The notes under the pieces were generated by a model that did not search any database, was not told the DNA's origin, and worked only from the letters and a program-made list of their open reading frames with translations. From Eledone cirrhosa (Eukaryota): a stretch of DNA of 64,000 nucleotides. The stretch is from assembly GCA_964016885.1 (NCBI GenBank), contig OZ024743.1, positions 219,170,001-219,234,000 on the forward strand, given 5' to 3'. A program made the translations under genes and the position numbers. The first letter of the stretch is position 1, and the number at the start of each line of letters is the position of its first letter. This document shows, one piece after another, positions 53,540-64,000 of the stretch.

Positions 53540-54695
53540 ATAATAATTGTTTCTACTTTAAGCATAAGGCCAGCAATTATCTCAGTGTATTACTGGTACT
53601 TTATTTTATCGACCCCGTAAGGATTAAAGGCAAAGTTAACCTCGGCGGGATTTGAACTCAGAATGGCAAGGGCCGTAACTCTATGCACCCGACCCTCTAC
53701 CGATACTGCCAATCCACCGCCCTTAACCAACAATAATAATGATTACATACACACACATCAGACCAGATTACGTCAATATTAGTAGTTGAGTGGTTTTTAT
53801 TTTATTGACATTCACCGAAAAGCTGAAAGACAAAGTTGACTGTGGTGAATATAAAATCAGGAAATAAACGGTTACAATGTTTTGATGATATAGTTGTAGT
53901 GCACCCGACCACTGTACACAATAATTTAATTATTATAGGAATAAACTTTTATCATAATTATTTTTAAATTATTTAGATAGTCATTAACTTGACTTTCGAT
54001 GAGGGCTTACAACTTAATTACTTACCATAATTTGGAGTGAGAGAACAGTCGATTAATTGAAGCTTAAGCAAAGTATATCCCAGTGATATCTAAACCCAAA
54101 ACAAACAGATAACTAAATATTGCTGCGCATTTTTGTTCAGTTTTGCCATTTAGTGTCTTCAATAATGGTTTCTGATTTAGACACAAATCCAACAATTTCG
54201 TAGGGGCAGTCAATTAAATCGACCTTAGTGCGTTACTGGTACTTTATTTTATCGACTCTTTGAGGATGAAAGACAAAGCTAACTTCGGTAGGATTTGAAC
54301 TCACAACGTAAAGGGACGTAATTCTATACCGCAGAGCATGTTATCCGACAGTGCCTTTAATAATAATGTTGATTTTTAATAGAATCACATAGCATCAAAT
54401 ATTTTGGAGGAGAGAGGAGTATACCCACTTACGTATAACTGGTACGTGTTTTATCGGCCCCTGGAGGATGAAAAGCAAAGTTGACCTCGGTGAGATAAGA
54501 TTTCAGAATATAATTGTTTCTACTTTTGGCACAAGGCCAGCAATCACCCAGTACATTATTGGTACTTTATTTTATCGACCCCGTAAGGATGAAAGGCAAA
54601 GTTAACCTCGGCGGGATTTGAACTCAGAATGGTAAGGGCCGTAACTATGCGTCAAAGCATGGCGTCCGACCCTCTACCGATACTGCTAATCCAAA
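53540..54695 (-). mobile_element. Cluster of SINE family A copies (53540-53725, older copies 54165-54510, 54510-54695)
   Basis: Repeated ggtactttattttatcgaccccgtaaggatgaaaggcaaagttaacctcggcgggatttgaactcag. Confidence 0.85.
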
Positions 54696-55209
54696 TGAAA
54701 TGCAATTAGATACGGTAAAGCAATAAATTGTCCGATTGTCTGTGCTCTACCAATTCTGTCATCTGCCGCCCGTATAAAAGTTGATTTATTTTAACCAAAA
54801 CAACAAAACAAAGAATTAGCTTGCATATATAGAGACCAGTAACGACATTATTTTAACAATACTTCAATTTTATTTATAATGTTACTTAAGAATCGTTTTG
54901 AGACTACTAAGTTATAGTTTCACACATGTATTATAGTGAGTTGAAAACTTTGATTTGCTACCCAAGTAATTAGTGGAAAAAATATCTTAAAGTGATTAAA
55001 ATGCAAGAAGAAACAAGGGAGATAACTGCAATAAGATTATAGACAATGCAGATTAAAGTGAATCTGCTTTTTAAAGCCTATTGGGTAATTGATGGTCTTG
55101 TGCCAAAAGTAGAAACAATTATTTTAGTCTTATTTTACCTCCTCAACAAAGCATATTCTAATCAATTTGGCGAAATAAAGAGTGATCAATATACAAAGAA
55201 ATAAAGGAA

Positions 55210-55860
55210 ATATAGTAAGGCTGATTATAAGTATCAACACTTAGAATTTGCATCACCAGTCTGGAACCCCTATCTTGCTCAGAACATTGACTGCCTGGAA
55301 ACTGTTCAGAGACGTGCAACCAAGCGAATACCCTCCATCCGACGTCTGGCAACTGACTTGGTAAACACCCACAACATTATTAACCATCTTGCCAACAACA
55401 ACCCTAAGTACTTTTTGATTTCCATGTGTCTAACACACATGGGTATGCCCACAAAGTAAGAAAACAGCACAGCTCCCATGAATTTCGGAATAATTTTTTC
55501 ATGCTCAGAATTGCTGAAGCATGGAACAAACTACCTGCATCAGTTATTAGCCGTCGAGAAACTGCATCCTTTAAAACCTCCATGCTTCCTGAGATTCGCC
55601 AACACTACACCTAATATTCCCCCTCCATGCTTCCTGAGATTCGCCAACACTACACCTAATATTCCCCCTCCATGCTTCCTGAGATTCGCCAACACTACAC
55701 CTAATATTCCCCCTCCATACACACGCACACATGTATATCATGACTCATACATTATTCACTTCCCTGACATTTGTATATTATTTTATGTACTATACATGCA
55801 CCTTTGACGAGTTGTAGTGCACCTGAGCACTGTACACAATAATTTCATTATTATATTATT
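55210..55860 (+). mobile_element. CR1-clade LINE 3' fragment with an internal 3x ~46-bp tandem repeat
   Basis: LEFASPVWNPYLAQNIDCLETVQRRATK and FRNNFFMLRIAEAWNKLPASV. cctccatgcttcctgagattcgccaacactacacctaatattccc occurs three times (55577-55718). (ATT)n tail, also seen at ~53893. Confidence 0.85.
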
Positions 55861-58160
55861 ATAATATGGCTGAAGGGAAATACCTAGGGAAACATTTTGC
55901 ATACTATGCAGTAAGGTCTTACATATTATAGTATGGTGAGTTTAAATACTTTGATTAATTGAGATTGTTCATGCAATTAATAGAGTAAAACTTCCTTCTC
56001 ATCACATATACTGTGTCTATCTCTCCAGTCCCTGCCCTAACCATTTCTTCCCAGATGTCATCCAACTGGAATTCCTCTCTTGTTGACCATAATTTTTCTG
56101 TTGTTCAAAACAAACATTAATTACATATCCCCCCACCCCGGCCAATTCTCATAGGAGCTGCAAAGGTGATGGCTACTGTCGCTTCCTCCAGACCAAATTA
56201 TAACCCCACCCCCATAACCTTTGAAAACTTTATTAGTCAATGTTTGTGAAGGTGCATGGCTTAGTGGTTAGAGAATGGCATTTGCAATTGTGAGGTTGTG
56301 AGTTTGATTCCCGGACAAGGTAATGCATTAAGTAGTTGAGCAAGACACTTTATTTCATGTTGCTCTTTCTGCCAGGAGTTGCAACCAGTAGATAATATCA
56401 GCAATGGAAACATTGTTTCTTTGGTCTGATTTGACGGGTTCCACCTCACTCAATAAGTGAATGAGGTCTGGGATCTTGTTGATTGACTCACTGCCCCCTT
56501 TTTATTAGTCAAAAGTAGACGTTAAAACGACGATGATGATGATGAATGAAGTTTATTATAATATCTTTTATTATTCTTGTATTCTTCACACTATCAAGAA
56601 GTTTAATTGTTTTGCAATATTTATCTGAATTTCTAATATTCATAGCTTTCGGTAGGAACTTGGATAAGTGTTTTCAACCATAGCATTGGGCTGACCAATT
56701 ACTTGTGAGTGAATTTAGTGGATGGAAACTATATGAAATACATCGTTTGTGTATGTGTGCCACTCACTACAAACAAATATTGGCACTGCCGATAAAGCCT
56801 AGCGATAAGGGTGTTGGACTTATGATCATAATGCCATGGGTCCAATTTCTTGACTGGGTTGTGTGTTGTGTTCTTACACAAAACACTTCATTTCATATTG
56901 CTCCAGTATACTCAGCTGCAAACCAGTACCAGCAATGGCTGGAGGTTTAATCCTGTGATGGACTGATGTCCTGTCCAGTGGGGAGTAATGTACTCTCAGT
57001 CACTTCATGCCACGAAAACTGGGATAAGCATCAGCCTGACAAGCCTTGGGACTATAAAGACTATGGTGATAGTTGTTTATGTCCCTCACAAATAATATGT
57101 CTTTCTATGTAAGCAGTTTGATAAGCCCTAGTGACATGTACTATATTTAGAATAAGGTATCTTATGAATGGTATCTGGATGTAGAAAATCTTCCGAGAGG
57201 AAAGGATCTTGCCCAACCTATACAAGCATGGAAAAACATGTAAAAATGATAATAATAATACCATGCCTAATGTCTATTGACTCAACAATGGATTGTTGTG
57301 GAAAATGGATGTTAAACGGTGATGATGAAGAGGAGGAGTTACCTTAGAGAAAATTTGTGATCTGTCTGTAATCAATACCTGTATTCATCTATTTTAATAG
57401 TTAATCCTCCTTTTCTTCAGTATCCCCACCACCACCACCACCATAATTGTTATGCCTGCTGATACACTTCAATATGTTTATCAAACAACAGTTTCTCTAT
57501 ACAGCTTGTCTGTGAGTTCTCAAATGCCATTTTTATTTTCAAGTTTTTATTATTAGTTTCCCATCACAGCTGGAACTGGTAAGGTTAGACCAACAGGATG
57601 GCAAAAAGTCAAACAACATGACAATATTTCTCAGTCTGAGGCAGTAAGCCCTGAATCTCACAACCCTGGTATACAATCAACAGTTATACTTTCTCTAACA
57701 GCAACCTAATTAAACTGGTGTCAGAGCAAGGCTTCATTGCTCAACAGATTGAAGATCACAAGATGATAAAGTATTAGATGCTCTGATAGTTAATTGTCAA
57801 ACCCATGGTGGTGGAAACAACTGACATCCTAGACCCAAACCACCTCCCTACTCACTTGAACCCTTTAGCATTTACATTACTCTATATATACCATTGTATT
57901 TTCATGGTAAAGGCTTTATCTCACATAATATCGGATCAGTGAAATTTTTGACATCAGTACGAGTGGCCAGTTACGGCCTGTTTGAACAGAAACAAGTGAG
58001 AGAATTCTGGCTGTGTTGGAGATGGTCTTCTGCAAGAACAAATCCCATGAGGTGAATTGGCTCTTTCAGTACATCTCCCTTGACATCTTCCATTTTCTCT
58101 GCCAGAACCATGAAATGTCTTTATGAACCACATCAATCCATAAAACTTGATTCTTAACTC

Positions 58161-58362
58161 TACGTAGGTCAGCTGAAAAGTTCATAGGCTGACTATGAAG
58201 GAGTGATGCTAGAGCTGTGAAATCTTGCATGCATTAATTTCAACTTTTCTTATTAATAACTGCTTTATTTCTTTCCAGAGACTATGTTGAAAAATAAACC
58301 CCATTTGGTAATTCTATGAGAGTATGTTGGTCAGCCTATGAACTTTTCAGCCAACACTCATA
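58161..58362 (+). mobile_element. Mariner-derived MITE
   Basis: Same TIRs and junction as the other copies. Confidence 0.85.
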
Positions 58363-59289
58363 TAGCATGTCGAGTTAGGTAGATAAAGGTGTCTCTTCTT
58401 TTAGAAAGGTCAGTAGATCAGTTCACCTATCTGTAATATCATGATCATCTTTTATTCTTTTAAAACCATTCAACCTTGTCCATGCTGGTGCTCTGCTTCT
58501 TATGCAGAGCAAGATTTACCATTGTGTTTAGGTGTGCTTAAGCAAAGGCCCCTGTTGGCCAAGGGGGGCCCATCTTTCTGAACATGTATGCCTGACTGCC
58601 TGTGTAAGCCTAGTGGGTCTACCTCCTTCAGCACCCAAGTAAGGGGCCTCATAATTTAACTAGCACAGGACCTCATTTGTCCTAAATCCGGCATTGCTCT
58701 TAATAGACTATTAAATATGTTTCAAAAAGGAGGATAGTCCAAGTAAACCTGGGCAGGATTAATATTCAGAATATAAAGAGACACAACCAAATACCACAAG
58801 GTATTTTGATTGATGTTCTAACAATTCTGCCATCCATCAAAATGTTATCTCAATTTCCAAAAACAAATAAAGAAATAAAATTGAAATAAAATAATAATAA
58901 ATCATTTTATTTTCTAAAAACAAAAAAAAAAGAATGAAACATGAAAAATATCAGAATAAAAATAAAACAGCAAAGAGAAAAGTCATTCTGAGAATTTTCC
59001 TCAAATACATTTTTATGTAGTTCACATAAATTATTGGCTTTTTTTTGTCTTTCTTTTGTAAAAATTAAATTTCCTTCTTTTTGCTTCATTTCTTTGGAAA
59101 GTTTGTCTAAATACAGAACTGAACTAAATGGACGTGTGTGCGACTTAAGAACAGCTTTACTCATCATAATTATTGGCAGCAGGGGTTAAGGAGAACTTGC
59201 GCTTTGCCAAGAATCGGAAATCACAGGGATGCAGTTAATCCTTTGTATAGATTATAATGTACATAGAAGTAATGTTATATATATATATA

Positions 59290-59672
59290 TAACAAAGAGG
59301 GTGTGGTAAGATACCAGGTGGACCATAACACACCAGAGTACTCAATACTTAGGGTAATAGGAAAATAGTCAGGACCCCAATGGCTGAGTTCCAACTGTTT
59401 CGACAGCTACATCCGAACAGTTCAAATTTAGCTGTTGAAATGGCCAGAGCTCAGCCGTCGGGGCCCTGACTCTTTTCCTATATATATATATATATATATA
59501 AATATATATATATGTATTTATATATATATATATATATATTTGTTTTGCAAGGTTTTTGATATGAAATCGGGTGTCGAAACAAATATTGTTATACTTGGGG
59601 AGGGTCATATTGTTGTAATAATTTGCCAGAAATTTCTGGCTATATTATTACAACAATATGACTCTCCCCAAG

Positions 59673-59676
<4 letters not shown>
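59290..59676 (-). mobile_element. Two fold-back Penelope-like relics separated by (TA)n
   Basis: Hairpin ~59358-59481 preceded by gagtactcaatac. A second, 59539-59676, is the 50692/50979 family in reverse orientation (palindrome centred on ccagaaatttctgg). Confidence 0.6.
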
Positions 59677-59705
<29 letters not shown>

Positions 59706-62464
59706 TGGTTGTTTTAACAGCTACTCTTGTGTTGAATTTTTTCATTTTTCTATGAATTCATATATATATATATCTCATATAATATATTTACAGGCACACA
59801 TATATATATTTACAGACAGGCATGTGTTTTATGTTCTGAATGTTAAAACAGCATGCTCACAATAAAGATCTTTTACAAGTCAACTTCAGCAGAGTTGATT
59901 GGTCTTACTCAACAATAACAAATATACCAAATATGCAGCAATGTCCCAATTAGTGCTAACATTAATATGTCATTTCTACATTAGTTTACAAAGTATACTA
60001 CATTAATTCAGAAAATAAATACATTTTTTAATCATGTAAGTTATTTACCTATTACCTATAATTTTATATTTGCATTTTTGTATGGACCCATAACTCCTGA
60101 GGGAATCATAGAAGCACCATATTAATAAACAGCGTTTCTTGGGCATTTTAAAACCTGGCAGAACCCATCTCTCCAGGTCTGAATACAGCAGATTTCTTCC
60201 AGAGAAGGATAGAAAGGAGGTGAGAAAGAGACAGACAGGAAGAATCGACCCTACTAATAGACTGGTATTTTTTTAGCAACCTCGAAAGGATGAAAGGCAA
60301 AGTTGACCTCGGTGGAATTCAAACTCAGAGAGCAGAAACGAATACTGCAAAGCATTCAATCCGACGTTCTAACGACTCTGCCAATTCACCACTGATAGTT
60401 TTATATTTAGAAAGCATTAAATGGTAGATTTAAAAAAAATAGCTGTTTTATTTTTTTTCTCTCTGTATTTGAAGTAAGCTGTAAGCTAAACTGTATAACT
60501 ATATAATGTACATGCAAGTAACAATTTGTCAAATATCATGTGAGATTTAGTATATTGCACAAAGCAGTTTATGTTACCCAATAGCATTAGTGTAACTCTT
60601 TATACAAGAATCAGTGATACAATACATTGTCAGTATCATGTGAAGCATTATTTTTGAAGAATCTATTGAATCTGGGATAAAGATGAATTATTTAATACAC
60701 TTCAATTTAGGTTTCTATGTTTCTAGCTTTTCTCATTTTATGTATATGCGCTATTTATAAACTTACTACATATTCATTTAAATGTATAACGTTTGTTTAC
60801 AATGAGTGGAACAAGATAGATTCTGTGATTTTGGAATTAGAATAGATGAATTTAGATAATTCTATAGCAAATGTTATTTTTAGAATATATACTTCTCGTT
60901 ATAATACAAGCCACTTTAATTGCACAAACTTTTAATTACAGCATGTGTGTGTGTATAAGTTTACATATCAGCAACCTATACCATCGCTTCCTCAATAACA
61001 TTAAAATTTACAGTTTGTTCAGTAAACCATGTTTCAATATCTATGATATGCCATTGATTGAATGGTATGCCATTGTTTGAATCACACTCAGGGGATCTCT
61101 CATAAATTTAGAAAATCAACATGTAAATGAGAAAGAGGGAAATGGTATGATTAATTTAAGTGAAATCTGGATGCTATGAAAAGGGTTCCCAGTCAAAGAA
61201 CAAGAGAAATTTAGTTTGATTGGAAATTCTTTAATATATGGCGATTCTAACATAAAATATGATGCTGAAATTTAGAAAATGTTTTCGTTGCGACAGGCAA
61301 TTTAAAAAAAAAAAAATCTTCAAAATTCTTTCATTCTGTATCACTATTAGTTTAATTTTAGATCTTACATTAAAAATAACAATTTTAAAATAAATGTTTA
61401 AGAATTTTTTGGAATGTATTAATTTTTAATCCCTTAAATATATTTTTCATTCTTTAAAAAAAAAAGCGTTTTATCAATTTTATATCACAATTTGTGAACA
61501 ATAGCATCATCAGTTACTAATTTCCACTGGTTTACTGTATTTCTCATGGTGCGAGTGACAAGGGAGTGTCTGTAACTTGATGCAGTTCAGATTTAGTTTT
61601 GTACAGTAAATTTTCTTTGTATATAAGCAGTACACAAATTGGGTTTTCTTCTGTGTATGTGTATGCACATGCACATAATTTTACATACACATATATTTGT
61701 ATACATATGTACAATCGTAGCTAGATGTGAGAGTACATACACACACACATGAGCATGTTCTTTTTTTCTTTTTTTTTTTTCTTGCTTTTACGGAAACTAT
61801 GCATGTGAGCGCACATGCACACACATACATAGACAGAATTAATCATCACTTAGTCAGTTGATGTGGAAAATGATCAGCATTGAGTACATAACACCAAAAT
61901 TCAGAAAGTAACCACCAATCAGTAAATGTGAGAACATGTCAGCGATCAACAACAACAACAACAATAATAACAACAATATCAACAATATACATAAACAACC
62001 ATTTATCATAAAAACATTTGTCGTTTTATAAAAATATCCCTCAAAGCTTTTCAATTTAAGTGAAGAAATAAAAACTCAATTGCAATAAAAAAAAAGAAAT
62101 GTCGGGGGCTAAATATGAAATAAAAGCGAACTATGTTTTTCATATCAGTTAAAAGTTAAGAAATATGAATTACTTAGCTAGGCACAACGTCCCAGATTTA
62201 TAGGGAAAAGAAGATGAGATTGTGTGATAGTCAAACCTTTCTCTTTAGAGTATTAGTAACTTAAAGTGAAAATGAATTGGTCACAACCAGATATCAAAAT
62301 TAGTTTCTGGACTTGATTCGTCAGGGGTTGGGGTTACATTTAGTAAATATCAGAGTGGTATGTAATAAACAAGACTATACAAACACGCATACAGTCAAAG
62401 ACAAGAACACACAAACGAGCACATCATCATCATCAAATATATATATTTGTATGTGGTTGACATC

Positions 62465-62655
62465 TGAGAAAAAGGAGTACTCAATACTGAAGTAGAGTTT
62501 TAATATTTATTTTATTAAGGCTAAATAGTGAGTCTTGTTACTCTGGAGTTTCACCTGTTTATTATAGGATCATCAAGCAAGAACATGACAACCTTGTGAG
62601 AAGGTGAAACTCCAGTGTAACAAGACTCACTATTCAGCCTTAATAAAATGAATAT
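62465..62655. mobile_element. Fold-back Penelope-like relic (family shared with 39270-39372)
   Basis: Arms 62503-62556 and 62602-62655, preceded by gagtactcaatac. Confidence 0.6.
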
Positions 62656-62710
62656 ATATATATATATTCCAACCAGCCCGTCTCCTCAATCTATTTTATT
62701 TCTCATTTTT

Positions 62711-62746
62711 TCTTCTGATGAAGGACTAGCGTCCGAAACGTTAAGA
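62711..62746 (+). ncRNA. Minimal type-I hammerhead ribozyme motif (Penelope-type)
   Basis: TCTT-CTGATGA-A-GGAC(tagc)GTCC-GAAA-CG-T-T-AAGA, with a palindromic AACGTT helix III. A decayed relative is at 49521-49555. Confidence 0.75.
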
Positions 62747-62835
62747 CCCTCTTCCTGCTATATCAAGTGTTAACCTAATATATACCTTCCATATACTGTA
62801 CCGATTGTGTTGTTATTTCTGTTTACCTTTTACAT

Positions 62836-62908
<73 letters not shown>

Positions 62909-63080
62909 ACTAGAACTGTTTCATTCATATGGAATCATAATTCCTGATGATTTCATACGAATGAAACAGTTCTAGTCCTGCAGAAGTATCTCTATATATA
63001 ATAAAGATGCCTACTCTCTACCAATGTATTGAATACCTTTTTTAACTGTGGTTACCCACTGACATAACTTGGGAATCTAT

Positions 63081-63129
<49 letters not shown>

Positions 63130-63232
63130 TATACAGATATTTTTAAAGAATGTTTTAATGATCATAGTTACTCCATTGCTTTGGATATCATGAGATATAA
63201 AAGGAAAATTTAGTAGTTCCCATTGTCAAGGA

Positions 63233-64000
63233 TCACAGAGTGGTTGATGTAACAGGGTGGAGCCCATGGACAAACATAGTTGGAGGAAGGCTGTTTGACA
63301 ACATGGTAAGTTGGTGTAAATACGTTTCATATAATTTGATATCATTTGGTGGAAGTGGCAGATATATAAAGCTGATTGCAGTCGCACGAGAATTCTCCAC
63401 AATTAACTGGTTTACCATCCTCACAGTAGAATCACTAAGAGAGTAGAACTCCTGCATCTTTTCTTCAGATGATTCATGTTGGTCCTCAGTGGTACGATAG
63501 TGTGACAAAATCTGGTCCCATGGAACTATCTTGATCCGAGCTAAAATCCGAAGCTGTCTTAAGAAATCATCTAGCTTTTTCTCTTTTTGTAAAGTATTGT
63601 CATTCTCAGTGTCAACACAGAGAAAGACTCGTAGTGTGGTGTGCCGTTTCCATTTGGGAACCATATGCAGAATACAAGCTAACTGGAGCATATAGAGACA
63701 ACTTATGTCAAAATAATTTGATGTTTCTGGTTGGAAGAAGTTCAATGGCCAGACATCAATAAAGTGCTCAGATTTTGAGGACAAAATGGCATTTTTGTCA
63801 AGCTGATTGAAATGGCGACAAATAGTAATGTTTTTCTGCATTTTCAAGCAATCTCGTATGAATCCAACAAATTCTTCAGGGGATTGTACAGAGTGGAATT
63901 CGTTATCAGACCGAATTGCACCAAAATATTCACTAATATTATCAGAAGATCCATTTTCACCCGAGTTCAAGATAAGTTGATAAGTCCGAGTTTTCATGAA
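63233..64000 (-). CDS. SLC12A9: Terminal coding exon of solute carrier family 12 member 9 (CCC-interacting protein 1); 5' part lies beyond the window
   Basis: The ORF is open to the window edge. Motifs EFVGFIRDCLKMQKN, IDVWPLN, LYMLQLACILHMVPKW...LRVFLC, LRQLRI, FIYLPLPP and the terminal PPTMFVHGLHPVTSTTL* match the SLC12A9 C-terminal cytosolic domain (vertebrate end PTLLVHGVTPVTCTDL). Confidence 0.92.
   Translation of the reverse strand, partial: FMKTRTYQLILNSGENGSSDNISEYFGAIRSDNEFHSVQSPEEFVGFIRDCLKMQKNITICRHFNQLDKNAILSSKSEHFIDVWPLNFFQPETSNYFDISCLYMLQLACILHMVPKWKRHTTLRVFLCVDTENDNTLQKEKKLDDFLRQLRILARIKIVPWDQILSHYRTTEDQHESSEEKMQEFYSLSDSTVRMVNQLIVENSRATAISFIYLPLPPNDIKLYETYLHQLTMLSNSLPPTMFVHGLHPVTSTTL

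Noticed and set aside
62944-62979. CTGATGA...GAAA as a standalone active hammerhead (also 39195)
   Set aside because: Stem I and the base of stem II do not pair convincingly; kept only as a degenerate candidate.
63995-63997. Met at 63997 as the SLC12A9 start
   Set aside because: The frame stays open to the window edge and the peptide is only the C-terminal domain, so this is an internal Met.

Overview
AT-rich, repeat-dense animal genomic DNA. The SINE families, (TA)n/(CAT)n load and RTE/mariner/Helitron content look like an octopod cephalopod; this is inferred from pattern recognition, not a database result. Two host genes are visible, both on the minus strand. (1) The 5' part of a TBL1X/TBL1XR1/ebi orthologue: a start-codon exon at 17912-18037 encoding [19 protein letters not shown](G), a probable 5'UTR exon at 25061-25106 and a probable promoter near 38-40 kb. 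(2) The terminal coding exon of SLC12A9 (63233 to the window edge). The rest is intron or intergenic DNA filled with decayed transposons: piggyBac, an irritans-type mariner and its MITEs, pogo-like and hAT elements, Lep1-like Helitrons, RTE, CR1 and L1/Tx1 LINEs, and tRNA-derived SINEs. The most unusual signal is a set of ORF-less fold-back (palindromic) inserts in (TA)n tracts, at about 39, 46, 51, 59 and 62-63 kb. Three of them carry sequence-unrelated, well-formed minimal type-I hammerhead ribozyme motifs, consistent with Penelope-like pLTR or retrozyme-type elements. All calls were made by eye and repeat boundaries are approximate.
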